From an uncultured Mycoplasmatota bacterium (GTDB taxonomy: Bacteria; Bacillota_I; Bacilli_A; RF39; UBA660): a stretch of 55,344 bases of DNA. The DNA is taken from positions 1 through 55,344 of the forward strand of contig CAMMWS010000004.1 in assembly GCA_946500695.1 (NCBI GenBank), in the 5' to 3' direction. Numbering within the stretch: position 1 is the first letter of the stretch; each line of letters starts with the position of its first letter. Position numbers and translations under genes: made by a program. Below the pieces are notes generated by a model. That model made no database searches. It was given only the letters and a program-made list of their open reading frames with translations, and was not told the origin of the DNA. Below are positions 28,627-39,106 of this stretch, piece by piece.

Positions 28627-30156
28627 ATGATATTAAGAAAACCATATGCTCTTTTAATACAATATTTTCAAAGAATTCATTTAGTTTTAATTTTGCTTAG
28701 TGCTTATATATTTTATAAAATGATGTCATTACGTAGTTTTGTGGCGGATTTTTTAAATACAGAGAGTTATAATGCTTATTATGAACCTATAAGTGATTAT
28801 ATTAATTTTGGGGTAATTATTAGTATAATTGCAGTTGTCATCATAAGTATAATTTTAGTAATTTTATTGCGTTATAAGAAAAAACCATGGAAAATTTATT
28901 TAATTCCTATTTTTGAGTATGTTTTTATGCTAGGAGTTTTAATATATGTTAGAAGTTATTTTCAAGGATATAACGAATTATCAACAATAACTTCAATTAT
29001 GGCAGGACGAGATTTATTAAATATAGTTTTTTTGCCACAGTATATTGTCTTTATTATTTTTGGTGTTAGATTTCTAGGAATTGATTTAAAAAAATTTGGT
29101 TTTAAAGAAGATGAAGAATATTTAGATATTAAAGAAGAAGATAGAGAAGAATTTGAAGTTAATATAGAATTTGATAAAGATAAAATAACTAGAAATATAA
29201 AAAAATTCTTTAGAAATGTAAAATACGTTTATTTTGAACACCGTCTTATATGTAATACAATTATAATTATTTTATTTGTTTCTCTTACTGGTTATACATA
29301 TTACTATTTTGGAGTTTTACATAGAACCTATAGAGAAGGTAATACATTTACTGCTAATTATTATAATATAACTGTTAATAATAGTTATTTGACTAATAGA
29401 GATAGTCACGGAGATGTTATTAGTGGTAATCAATATTATTTAGTTATTAATCTTACTGTTTTAAATAATTCATCAAAACGTGGTATTAATTTGGATCGTT
29501 TTAGAGTTATGAATAGAAGCGAAGAGTTTCATTATGCCACAAGACTATATGATAATTTTACTGATTTAGGTAGTCCTTATGATAATAGGGAATTAAATAC
29601 AGGGGCTTCTACAACCTTTATTTTAGTATATAAAGTTTCTAAAGACCTTGATGTTAATAGATATGTACTTTATTATCCGGATGTTACTAATGGAATTTTA
29701 CTTCGAAAAGTTAAGCTTAATGTTCAAGATGTTAGTCAATTGGGGACTAAAGAGGAAGTAAAAATAACTGAAGAATTAGCATTTCCTGATGATAATACTC
29801 TTACAGTAACTGATTACCAAATAGTTAATGAGACTACTTATAGTAGATATTCTTGTAATGATAGTGGTTGTGGTATAAGAGAATTACCTTTAAGTTCTAG
29901 CAACAAAATATTGGAAATTAGTTTTTCTTCTAATAACTTTACTGGTGAAAGTTTTGTTGACTTTTCTTCGATATATGCTAAAATTAGATATGAGGATAAT
30001 AATGGAGAAACTCATAGTATTACTCCTAGTTCTTTAGTTAATAGTTATAATGGAAATTATGCATATTTTAGTTTGCCAAACGATGCTAATAATGATGGGG
30101 CAGTAGATTTGATTTTTACTTTTAGAAATGAGCAGTATATTTATAATTTAAATTAA
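28627..30156 (+). CDS. Multi-TM membrane protein with extracellular Ig-like (DUF4352-like) region
   Basis: About 5 TM segments, an acidic cytoplasmic loop and a beta-rich C-terminus (YLVINLTV.N, ELNTG.....LVY.V). Confidence 0.55.
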   Translation: MILRKPYALLIQYFQRIHLVLILLSAYIFYKMMSLRSFVADFLNTESYNAYYEPISDYINFGVIISIIAVVIISIILVILLRYKKKPWKIYLIPIFEYVFMLGVLIYVRSYFQGYNELSTITSIMAGRDLLNIVFLPQYIVFIIFGVRFLGIDLKKFGFKEDEEYLDIKEEDREEFEVNIEFDKDKITRNIKKFFRNVKYVYFEHRLICNTIIIILFVSLTGYTYYYFGVLHRTYREGNTFTANYYNITVNNSYLTNRDSHGDVISGNQYYLVINLTVLNNSSKRGINLDRFRVMNRSEEFHYATRLYDNFTDLGSPYDNRELNTGASTTFILVYKVSKDLDVNRYVLYYPDVTNGILLRKVKLNVQDVSQLGTKEEVKITEELAFPDDNTLTVTDYQIVNETTYSRYSCNDSGCGIRELPLSSSNKILEISFSSNNFTGESFVDFSSIYAKIRYEDNNGETHSITPSSLVNSYNGNYAYFSLPNDANNDGAVDLIFTFRNEQYIYNLN

Positions 30157-30169
30157 AGGAGAGCTGGTT

Positions 30170-32014
30170 ATGAAGAATAAAAAGAGAAGCATTGATAAGA
30201 AAAAAATAATTAAAATTATCGTTGCGGTTGCTGTAGTTGTGATTATTGTTTTGCTTGTTTGGTTTTTGTATCTTTATCCAAGAAGAGTTTTTAGGGAGAA
30301 TGAAAGATTGCTTTCTGAAGCTGGAGAAAGATATTATGAAATAAATAGCACTCGCCTTCCAAAAGATGAAGGACGAGTTATTTCCGTTACTTTGGATACT
30401 TTGATTAAACAGGATTATTTAGATGGCTTGTACGAAGCTTATGGCAATAAATTATGTGATTTGAATGAATCAAATGTTAAAGCGGTTAATAGAGATGGAA
30501 AATATGAATATTATACATATTTAAAATGTGGTAGTTTTGAGTCAGATGTTGATCATGAGGGACCTGTTATTACACTTAATGGTGATACAGATATGACTGT
30601 TAGTAGGGGAGGAGAATTTACTGACCCTGGTATTAAAAGTGTTGTTGACAATGTAGATGGAGAAATGGATACTTCTTCTGTAACTGTTGATGGTGAAGTT
30701 GATACTTCTACAGTTGGTACTTATGAAATTACTTATACGGTAAGAGATAGTCTTGATAATAGAACTACTGTAACTAGAAAGGTTAATGTTGAAGAAAGAT
30801 TATCAACAGTTGTAACTGAGAATACAGAAAATGGTTATTACGTAGGGCATGATGTTAATAATTATATAATGTTTAGTAATATGTTATTTAGAATAGTTAA
30901 AGTCAATGATGATAACTCTGTAGTTATTGTTAGTAATGATGCTCTTGCTAATGTTGATTATACAAATGATGGTAGGTTTGAAGATAGCTCATTGGATAAG
31001 TGGTTAAATGATTATTTCTATAATTTGTTAGAACCACGTTATCAAGACTTAATAAAATCTAGTACTTGGTGTGATGATATAATAGAAAATGGTAATACTG
31101 ATACTACAGAGTGTACAAGAGAGACTGCCAAAAGACGAGTAGGTATTTTATCTTTACAAGATTATAATTTAAGTTATGATGGCTTTTCTAGTTATCTTGA
31201 TAAAACTAACCTTAGTTGGTATTCTAATATGGCTAGTGATGATGCAGCTTGGGCTATTACGTCGGTGGCAGCTTATCCTGGTAGTTTGGTAGCATCAGAT
31301 AAAACTAATTTATTGAATGTAGTACCTGCTGTTACATTAAAAGCAGATACAGCTGTGTTAGATGGTGATGGTACTTATACTAGTCCTTATATGGTACTTG
31401 AAGATACTAAAGGAAGAAGAAGTAGTAATCTTAATGAAAGAGAGATAGGCGAATATGTAGAATATTCAGGTTATACTTTTAGAATTAGCAATATTTTAGA
31501 TGATGGTACTACAGAAGTTATTATGGATTCTGTATTAAGAAGTAATGATGAACAAGTTAATATTCGATATACTAATACACAAGAAAGAAAAGTTTATAAT
31601 CCTAATCAAGAAGGAAATATTGGATATAAAATAAAAAATAATATGACAAGATATATAGATACAAATTTATTTGTTAGTAAAGATATAAGTGTTCCTATTT
31701 ATGATGGAAGAATCACATATCAAGGGGAACATGATACAAAAAGTTATAATCTTTTGATTACAATTCCATCTACTTTTGATATATTTAGTGCTAGAGGTTC
31801 TGATGCTAATGATTCTGGTTATTGGTTAATAGATTCTTCTAGAGAAGCTAATACAAAAGCGGTTGTGAGATCTAGTGGTACACTTACTTATTCAGAAACT
31901 TCTGCAACAGATGATGTAACAGCTGGAGTAAAAATTAAAGCATATTTTAATAAAGATGTTATAATAGAAGGAGGAAGTGGTACTATAGACAATCCGTATA
32001 CACTTATTAGTTAA
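30170..32014 (+). CDS. Membrane-anchored surface protein with DUF5011-like Ig domain and two DUF6273-like repeats
   Basis: N-terminal TM; GPVITLNG...FTDPG....D..DG....VGTYEITY.V.DS; two repeats ending G.GT...PY. Confidence 0.7.
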   Translation: MKNKKRSIDKKKIIKIIVAVAVVVIIVLLVWFLYLYPRRVFRENERLLSEAGERYYEINSTRLPKDEGRVISVTLDTLIKQDYLDGLYEAYGNKLCDLNESNVKAVNRDGKYEYYTYLKCGSFESDVDHEGPVITLNGDTDMTVSRGGEFTDPGIKSVVDNVDGEMDTSSVTVDGEVDTSTVGTYEITYTVRDSLDNRTTVTRKVNVEERLSTVVTENTENGYYVGHDVNNYIMFSNMLFRIVKVNDDNSVVIVSNDALANVDYTNDGRFEDSSLDKWLNDYFYNLLEPRYQDLIKSSTWCDDIIENGNTDTTECTRETAKRRVGILSLQDYNLSYDGFSSYLDKTNLSWYSNMASDDAAWAITSVAAYPGSLVASDKTNLLNVVPAVTLKADTAVLDGDGTYTSPYMVLEDTKGRRSSNLNEREIGEYVEYSGYTFRISNILDDGTTEVIMDSVLRSNDEQVNIRYTNTQERKVYNPNQEGNIGYKIKNNMTRYIDTNLFVSKDISVPIYDGRITYQGEHDTKSYNLLITIPSTFDIFSARGSDANDSGYWLIDSSREANTKAVVRSSGTLTYSETSATDDVTAGVKIKAYFNKDVIIEGGSGTIDNPYTLIS

Positions 32015-32033
32015 TTAGGAAAAGGAGTAATTT

Positions 32034-32819
32034 ATGAAGTTAAAAAAGAAAACTTTAACAATTGCTGGTGTTATCATTATCTTTATTGTTGCTTGCTTAT
32101 TACTTTTGTATCAAAATTTTGGTAAAACTAGTGATTTTACAATTATTGATGAAAGTGCTAAAATAAAAGAAGCTGAGAGTTATGGTGATGATGTAACTGG
32201 GTGGCTCAGGGTAGAAGGAACCAATATAGACCTTGCTTTAGTTGCTAGAAATAATGAAATGGATATTTCAAATACTGATTATGAATATGCTTGGACTAAT
32301 TCTTATCCTGATCTTAATAGTAATCATTTTACCTATATATCGCACAATGTTAGAAATGTTTCTAGTAATCCTATTATAGGCGATGATACCATGACTTATT
32401 TTGAACAGTTAATGTCATTTATCTATCCTGATTTTATTAAAGAAAATCAGTTTATAGAGTTTACAAATCCTGATGGGGAGACATCTATCTATAGAATATT
32501 TGGAGTAACATTAATTGATGAACCACAAACTTCTTCTTATTATGATACATTTAATGATGAAGAGTTAGATGAATATATTAAGAAAGCTAAAGATGAGAGT
32601 ATGTATGATATGGATGTTGATGTTAATTCTGATGATATGTTGTTGACTTTATATACATGTACTAGATTTTATGGATTTGGTAATGCCTATTCATTTAGAG
32701 TAGATGCTAGAGAATTACGGGAGGGTGAAAGTATGAGGTATTCTACGGTTGAAGTAAATAATAATTACAAAGAAATTGAAGAAAGAATGAAAGAAGGTGA
32801 GAGTAATGAAGAAGTCTAA
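32034..32819 (+). CDS. Class B-like sortase
   Basis: N-terminal TM, GWL.V.GTNID, SHN, LLTLYTC followed by Arg. Confidence 0.8.
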   Translation: MKLKKKTLTIAGVIIIFIVACLLLLYQNFGKTSDFTIIDESAKIKEAESYGDDVTGWLRVEGTNIDLALVARNNEMDISNTDYEYAWTNSYPDLNSNHFTYISHNVRNVSSNPIIGDDTMTYFEQLMSFIYPDFIKENQFIEFTNPDGETSIYRIFGVTLIDEPQTSSYYDTFNDEELDEYIKKAKDESMYDMDVDVNSDDMLLTLYTCTRFYGFGNAYSFRVDARELREGESMRYSTVEVNNNYKEIEERMKEGESNEEV

Positions 32820-35619
32820 TTTATTAATAATACCATTAATATGTTTAGCAGCATTTCTTGGGGTTATGTTATCTAATACTGAAATGACTGAAGCTGCTAA
32901 CAATGAAACTTGTTCTCCAGAAACTTTTAGGGATGACTATATAGCTAATATTGATGTTAACTATGATAATAACAATGTTACTATTACAAATAATTCTGGT
33001 CTTCATTTAAGTTATACTTTTTATGCAGATGGAGATACTGAAAATGTTGCGGCATCGGGAGATTTTGCTAATGGTTCTTCAGCAACTGTTGTAGTTGAAA
33101 GTGGAGGTTTCTTCTTATTCACTTTACAAGAAGATATGGAAGAACCTTGTATAGCTAGTGTTGGTAATGAAGTTGGTACAATGGAAGTTAGTGTAGATGG
33201 GCTTATTGATAATCCACTTTATTATGATTCTGTTTGTGTTAACTATCGTAATAGTTGGAGTGGAAATCAAACAATGCAAAACGCTGTTCCTTATTGTTTT
33301 TCTGCAAAAACTTATGAATCTTATTCAAGAGAAGAGGTTCAAGGTTGGATAGATACAGCGGAATCTTTATATGAAGCTATTAGTAGTTCTAATGGTGGAA
33401 ATGATATTACAATTGATAGTTCTTATCAAGAAGTGGATGATGTTAAAAATACTGAAAAGTTAGTTTGTGATGCATTTAGTACTAATAATTACGAGACTAT
33501 GCATAAGTATTATCATGTTGAAACAGAAACTGCGAACAACTGCGAAGTTACTTGTAAAGAGGAAATAGAAGTTAATTTTAGTGACCCAGTAGCAACACAG
33601 GCTGGTTTATGTTTTCAATATTTAATAGAGATTAAATCAAAAGTTGTTTGTGATGCTAGTTATAAAGCTGCTCCACCTACTAGAAAACAGGCATGTTATC
33701 GTTCACCAGTTTGTATAAATGGTGGTAGAGGATTCGATGCTGGTGGTCCTAGCGAAGAATTTGATTCTTGCGTATTAGATTGTGATGGTGGTGAATATAC
33801 TCAAAGCTGTATAGATAGTTGTTATAGTGAAGTTTATGAGAAGTCTAGTAGTAGTAAAAAGGCAACTAAGACAAGTGATAATGATGTAACAACTAAAGAA
33901 GATATCAAAGAACTTAGTGGCCTATATTTGGCTGGTGATAGTTTTTATGAAGTGACTAAACTTGCAAATAGTTGTCCTGGTACTAGTAATGCACAAACAC
34001 TATATAATTACATGCAAAACAATCCTAGTGGACATTATAGGGGTAATAAGTGGATTTCTGATTATGGTAGTAATAGTCAAAGTATTTGTGCTTTAGGTCC
34101 TTACTATTTTAGGAGTCTTGCACAAACGAGACAAACTATAGGAATGTATAATGGAACATATTCGTATAGTTCATTTAATAGATATTATAGACCTCATGGT
34201 AATGGTATTTTAATGGCTGTTCATAGAGATAATACTTGGTGTAATGATAGTTGTTCTTGGAAGGGAACTTGTGGTTCTAATACGGCATTAACTGAGGCTG
34301 TTGCACAAAAGGAATATAAAGAAGCAGTAGAAGAGTATAAAGCTAATAAGGAAGCTTGTGAACAAAGAGCTGCTACATGTACTAATGAAACTACAGACTA
34401 TGAGATAGTTGTTGATAATGTAGATAATGATTCTGATACAGATGATGATGAAGAAACATTCTCATCTTCACAAAAATTAAATAGTACTACTGTTAATGGG
34501 GAATTCCCTGATATGGTTATATTAACTGATGGTAGTTGTGAAGATGGACAAGATGATCCATGGCATTATCATAATATAATTACTTTCCCAGGTACTTGGG
34601 TAAATAATAAGACGGGTCAAACTGTTCATTCTATGGAACCTGGACATGAAGATTTCTATACTTATGTTGGAAATGAATATTGTACTAAATTAAATTCTGT
34701 TCCTGTTAATACTGCTTGGTATAATTGGAAAGTTAATCAAAATGGGGATACTTCAATTTTAACTGATGATATTAGACAACAAATTGAAGATAACACAGAA
34801 ATGAATATAAATGGTCATATCGAAAATTATGGATACTTTGGTTGGGACTTCGATGTTAGCTGTTTCTATGCTATTGATGAGCCAGAAACTCCAGATGATT
34901 GTACTCCAGATGATCCTGATTACCCAACTTGTGAAAGAGATGGATGTTCTGTAGATGATCCTAATTATCCAACTTGTACACCTCCTGGTGAAGGTGGGGA
35001 TGAATCTCCTGTAAATGATTATGAATTTAGATCTGTATCTTTAGATAATCTTTTCCCTAATAGTGGTGTTACTAATAGTTCAAGTGATTTAAAAGATATT
35101 ACAGCATCTAATTTGATAAATACAGTTGAAAGTATGCGTAATAATGACGCAACTTTAGTTGCAGAGACGACAAGGGATATAGGCTTTAACTGGACTTGTG
35201 CTGCAACTAACTTAGAAAATCCTGATTATATAGTTCAGCCTGTTACAGTTATGAATCGTATTCAAGCTTTAGGTGATAGTATATATGACGGAGAAGAATA
35301 TTTAGATTATCATATTAGATTAACTCCTGAAACTATGAATAAAGTTAGAGCTTATAATGATAAATATGATAGTTATGCTCAACCTACTGGTGATGATAGC
35401 AGTGAAGTGTTAACTGCTGGTACTAATAAAACTTCAGGTATAACAGTTTATCGTAGTTATTTACTTCATAGAGTGCTTAACAGTAATGAATTACTTAAGA
35501 GTGGTCTTATAGGATGTAATAATGAAGATAATGGAACTTGTAATAATACAATTGATACAAGTACAAGTTGTTATAATGAATATATGGCACAATCTGCTGT
35601 ATTGAAAGGGGCTAATTAA
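32806..35619 (+). CDS. Large secreted Cys-rich acidic protein (putative adhesin)
   Basis: Signal peptide, many Cys, internal repeat C..DDP[DN]YPTC, no C-terminal anchor. Confidence 0.65.
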   Translation: MKKSNLLIIPLICLAAFLGVMLSNTEMTEAANNETCSPETFRDDYIANIDVNYDNNNVTITNNSGLHLSYTFYADGDTENVAASGDFANGSSATVVVESGGFFLFTLQEDMEEPCIASVGNEVGTMEVSVDGLIDNPLYYDSVCVNYRNSWSGNQTMQNAVPYCFSAKTYESYSREEVQGWIDTAESLYEAISSSNGGNDITIDSSYQEVDDVKNTEKLVCDAFSTNNYETMHKYYHVETETANNCEVTCKEEIEVNFSDPVATQAGLCFQYLIEIKSKVVCDASYKAAPPTRKQACYRSPVCINGGRGFDAGGPSEEFDSCVLDCDGGEYTQSCIDSCYSEVYEKSSSSKKATKTSDNDVTTKEDIKELSGLYLAGDSFYEVTKLANSCPGTSNAQTLYNYMQNNPSGHYRGNKWISDYGSNSQSICALGPYYFRSLAQTRQTIGMYNGTYSYSSFNRYYRPHGNGILMAVHRDNTWCNDSCSWKGTCGSNTALTEAVAQKEYKEAVEEYKANKEACEQRAATCTNETTDYEIVVDNVDNDSDTDDDEETFSSSQKLNSTTVNGEFPDMVILTDGSCEDGQDDPWHYHNIITFPGTWVNNKTGQTVHSMEPGHEDFYTYVGNEYCTKLNSVPVNTAWYNWKVNQNGDTSILTDDIRQQIEDNTEMNINGHIENYGYFGWDFDVSCFYAIDEPETPDDCTPDDPDYPTCERDGCSVDDPNYPTCTPPGEGGDESPVNDYEFRSVSLDNLFPNSGVTNSSSDLKDITASNLINTVESMRNNDATLVAETTRDIGFNWTCAATNLENPDYIVQPVTVMNRIQALGDSIYDGEEYLDYHIRLTPETMNKVRAYNDKYDSYAQPTGDDSSEVLTAGTNKTSGITVYRSYLLHRVLNSNELLKSGLIGCNNEDNGTCNNTIDTSTSCYNEYMAQSAVLKGAN

Positions 35620-35621
35620 TT

Positions 35622-36083
35622 ATGAGTAAAGGTATGTTAATTGTTGGTATAATCCTTTTAGCTATTATTACTTTTGGGGTTGTAAATATTGTTCAAAATT
35701 ATCAGACTGGTAATGAACTTGATTATTACTTATTAAGAGAGACAACCGAAGCGGCAATGACTGATGCAGTTGATGTTGGTTATTACCGCTTAAGCGGTTT
35801 GTTAAGAATAGATAAAGAGAAATTTGTTGAAAGTTTCGTTAGACGTTTTTCTGAAAATGTTTCTAATAGTCGTACTTATGATATTGGTTTTTATGATATT
35901 AATGAGACTCCACCTAAAGTTAGTGTTTTAGTTAAATCAGAAACTGCTGCTACTATAAATGGTGAATCATTAAGTTTATCTAATAAAGTTGATGTAATTT
36001 TAGAGTCTAGATATCATGAAAATAAATATGTAACTGATATGACTAGAGCAGGTGAGTTAGACTATAGCGAAGTTGATCAATAA
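35622..36083 (+). CDS. DUF5411-like / Tad pseudopilin-like protein
   Basis: Short leader MSKG plus hydrophobic helix; DYYLL.E.TEAAM.DA.D; directly upstream of cpaB. Confidence 0.55.
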   Translation: MSKGMLIVGIILLAIITFGVVNIVQNYQTGNELDYYLLRETTEAAMTDAVDVGYYRLSGLLRIDKEKFVESFVRRFSENVSNSRTYDIGFYDINETPPKVSVLVKSETAATINGESLSLSNKVDVILESRYHENKYVTDMTRAGELDYSEVDQ

Positions 36084-36103
36084 AAGAATAAGGAGGATGT
36101 TTG

Positions 36104-36925
36104 ATGAATAATTTAATTGTTGGAATTAAAAAGTTCTTTACAAATAAAAATACAGTTACGGTTGTTGGTGTTGTTCTTGCAATTATAGTTCTTTATGCTG
36201 GCTATAATATGCGTATTAATCAAGCTATTACCCCTGTTACTGTTCCTTATGCAGTAGAAGATATTGATGCTAGGACACAAATAACTGAAGATATGGTTAG
36301 TACTATGGAAATCCCACAGTCAATGGTAACTGATGATATTATTACTAATAGTGCTGATGTTATTGATATGTATACTAATGCTGATACACTTATTCCTGCA
36401 GGTAGTTTGTTCTATGAAAGATGTGTTGTTTCTCGTGATCAGTTACCTGATAGTATAATTCTTGATTATCCTAAGGGTTATGTTTTATATAATTTAGCGG
36501 TTGATATGGCTAGTACTTATAGTAACTCTATTTATCCAGATAATTATATTGATATTTATTTAAAAGTTCAGAATACTGAGAGTGCTGATGGTACTGTTGC
36601 GGATGATAGAATTATGGTTGGCAAATTGTTATCTAATGTTAAGGTTTTAGCAGTATTTGATAGTAATGGTAATAATGTTTTTGCTAATGTAGAAGAGCAG
36701 ACAGCACCTTCACAAATTGTATTTGCAGTACCTGAAGAGTATCATATTTTACTTCGTAAAGCTGAATATTTAAGAGCTTATGAATCTGAAATAATTCCGG
36801 TTCCTACAGCTGAGTCTTTAGAGGATGAACCTGGTGATGTAGAATTATCTAGTGAAGATTTAAGAAACTTTATTAATAATGTTACAGCAATGACTGAAGA
36901 AGATTTATCTTATACACAACAATAG
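36104..36925 (+). CDS. Flp pilus assembly protein CpaB/RcpC-like (SAF domain)
   Basis: TM, VPYA..DI...TQIT.DM (SAF), SI.P...IDIY, LL.NVKVLAV.D. Confidence 0.8.
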   Translation: MNNLIVGIKKFFTNKNTVTVVGVVLAIIVLYAGYNMRINQAITPVTVPYAVEDIDARTQITEDMVSTMEIPQSMVTDDIITNSADVIDMYTNADTLIPAGSLFYERCVVSRDQLPDSIILDYPKGYVLYNLAVDMASTYSNSIYPDNYIDIYLKVQNTESADGTVADDRIMVGKLLSNVKVLAVFDSNGNNVFANVEEQTAPSQIVFAVPEEYHILLRKAEYLRAYESEIIPVPTAESLEDEPGDVELSSEDLRNFINNVTAMTEEDLSYTQQ

Positions 36926-36943
36926 AAAGGGAGATGAATTTAA

Positions 36944-38194
36944 ATGAACGATTCCATTTTTGATAAACTGGATTTTGGGCTTTTTGAACCATTAATTAAG
37001 GATGATGATATAACAGATATTTCTTATTGTAATCATGGACAAATTTGGATTCGTTCTTTAACTCAAGGTTCTAAAAGAGTAGAGATTGAGGGGCTAAATG
37101 ATGCTTTTGTAGAAAAGTTAGCCTTTCAATGTTCTAATGTTATGGGAACGACGTTTAATAATGCGAAACCTTTTTTGGATGCAGAGTCTACTGAGTTACG
37201 TTTAAACTTTGTTCATGAATCTATTGCTACTAATGGAATAGCAGTTGTTATTCGTAAAACTCCTGCTAAAATTAGATTATCAAGAGAAAAATTACTAAGC
37301 GAAGATTACTTTACTGCTAATATTCATGATATTTTAATGAAGTGTGTTGAAGGTCATTGTAATATTATGGTAAGTGGTGAGACTGGTTCAGGTAAAACAG
37401 AATTTGTTAAATATTTAGCTAGTCATACTAAAGAGAATGAGAAAATTATTACAATTGAAGATACTTTGGAACTTCATCTTGATAAGATTTTTCCTCATCG
37501 TGATATTGTAGCGATGAAGACTAATAATGTGGCAAGTTACTCAGAAGTACTAGTTACTTGTATGCGTCAGAACCCTAAATGGATATTATTATCAGAGGTT
37601 CGTAGTGCCGAAGCTGTTACAGCTGTTCGTAATTCAATTTCTTCTGGACATAATATCTTATCTACTATCCATGCAGATAAGGCTAGTGCTATTCCTTATC
37701 GTATGTATTCACTTCTTGAAAGTGATATTGATGTAGATCAGTTCTTAAATACAATTTATCGTTATATTCAGTTGGGTGTTCATATTAAAGCTTATTATAG
37801 TAAAGAATATGGAAAGTTCCATCGTGAAGTTGATGAAGTGGTTGAGTTTTATGTTGACGATGATAATAAACCACAGTGTCATATTCTATATCAAAAAACT
37901 TTTGGTAAAGCACCTGTACAGAATATGCCTACAGAGCATTTGAAGGAATATTTGGAAAATCAAAATATTTTCATTGATAATCTCTTTACTAAAGGTGATT
38001 CGATGAATAATATTGATAGTGAAGTTAATAAAGTTATTTCTCCTAGTAGTGAACAGACTAGTGTTAATGTGATGGAATCTCCTAATTTTAATACTAATGT
38101 AAATAATGTTAGTGAAATAGGTCAAACTATTCAAAGTGGACAAGTTAATGCTCCATCACAACCTAAAGCTACATTTCCTACAGAGATAGTTTAA
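36944..38194 (+). CDS. CpaF/TadA (VirB11-family) secretion ATPase
   Basis: DDDITDI, IRK, SGETGSGKT, ITIEDTLEL, MRQNP..I..SEVR, SGH...STIHA. Confidence 0.93.
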   Translation: MNDSIFDKLDFGLFEPLIKDDDITDISYCNHGQIWIRSLTQGSKRVEIEGLNDAFVEKLAFQCSNVMGTTFNNAKPFLDAESTELRLNFVHESIATNGIAVVIRKTPAKIRLSREKLLSEDYFTANIHDILMKCVEGHCNIMVSGETGSGKTEFVKYLASHTKENEKIITIEDTLELHLDKIFPHRDIVAMKTNNVASYSEVLVTCMRQNPKWILLSEVRSAEAVTAVRNSISSGHNILSTIHADKASAIPYRMYSLLESDIDVDQFLNTIYRYIQLGVHIKAYYSKEYGKFHREVDEVVEFYVDDDNKPQCHILYQKTFGKAPVQNMPTEHLKEYLENQNIFIDNLFTKGDSMNNIDSEVNKVISPSSEQTSVNVMESPNFNTNVNNVSEIGQTIQSGQVNAPSQPKATFPTEIV

Positions 38195-38210
38195 AGAGAG
38201 GAGGGGTTTT

Positions 38211-39104
38211 ATGGTACTTTTTTTACTACTAATAATTGCTATAGTTGTTTTGTTATATAGAAATTATAAGGGGCAAAATGTTTCTAAATTTATTACTGAT
38301 CAAGTTCAAGCTGTTTATGATAAGTTTGCACCATATTCTTATAAGATAGTAAGAGAGAAGACTAAACAATTAGGCCAAGAGTATACAGCAAGACAGTATT
38401 TAATTCAAATTTTAATTATGGGAGGTTTCGCTGGTATAGTTACTTATCTTTACTTCTATAATTTAGTTGTTTCTTTGATTTATATCGTTATAGCAGTTTC
38501 TTTTATTCCTTATTTATCTTTTTTGAGATGTAAAAGAGTGTATAGTGAGTTTATCTTTGAACAAATTCAAGTGTATACTACTAATACTATTATGGAATTT
38601 GCAACAACTCAAAGTTTTGTTAAATCTTTAGAGGGAGTTAGAGATTCTGGAATTTTGGAAGATCCTGTACTTTCGGATGTTAATCATATGATTGATATGG
38701 CATATGAAGAAGGAGCTATAGATGGGGCTTTAAAATATTTTAGTGATAAGTATCCATACTATATTGTTAAAAATATGCATCAATTATTCTTACAAATAAC
38801 TAAAGAAGGTGCTCAAGATACAGGAGAGAGTTTAGAAAATATGCAGCTGGATATTGATACCCTTGTTGAGAGTGTATATCGTGATAGAATGGATAGAGCG
38901 ACTTTTCATAAGAAATTTTTACAATATGGAATTATGTTATTTCTTTTAGTTATGTTAATTCAATATATGCTTGGAAGTGAAAGTTATGTTGAGTTAATTA
39001 AGAGTATTTGGGTTCAACTTGTTCTTCACTTTATTATTATTTTTAATAGTTACTTCTTGTTAAAAGGAGAAAAATATTATAATGAGAATGTGGGGGTTGA
39101 ATAA
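38211..39104 (+). CDS. TadB-like inner-membrane platform protein
   Basis: TM pair, helical cytoplasmic domain and C-terminal TM pair; directly after cpaF. Confidence 0.7.
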   Translation: MVLFLLLIIAIVVLLYRNYKGQNVSKFITDQVQAVYDKFAPYSYKIVREKTKQLGQEYTARQYLIQILIMGGFAGIVTYLYFYNLVVSLIYIVIAVSFIPYLSFLRCKRVYSEFIFEQIQVYTTNTIMEFATTQSFVKSLEGVRDSGILEDPVLSDVNHMIDMAYEEGAIDGALKYFSDKYPYYIVKNMHQLFLQITKEGAQDTGESLENMQLDIDTLVESVYRDRMDRATFHKKFLQYGIMLFLLVMLIQYMLGSESYVELIKSIWVQLVLHFIIIFNSYFLLKGEKYYNENVGVE

Positions 39105-39106
39105 AT

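Noticed and set aside
36944-38194. ATPase as competence ComGA
   Set aside because: Neighbours are CpaB and TadB/C-like, and no ComGB or ComGC-type pilins with GFTLxE are present.
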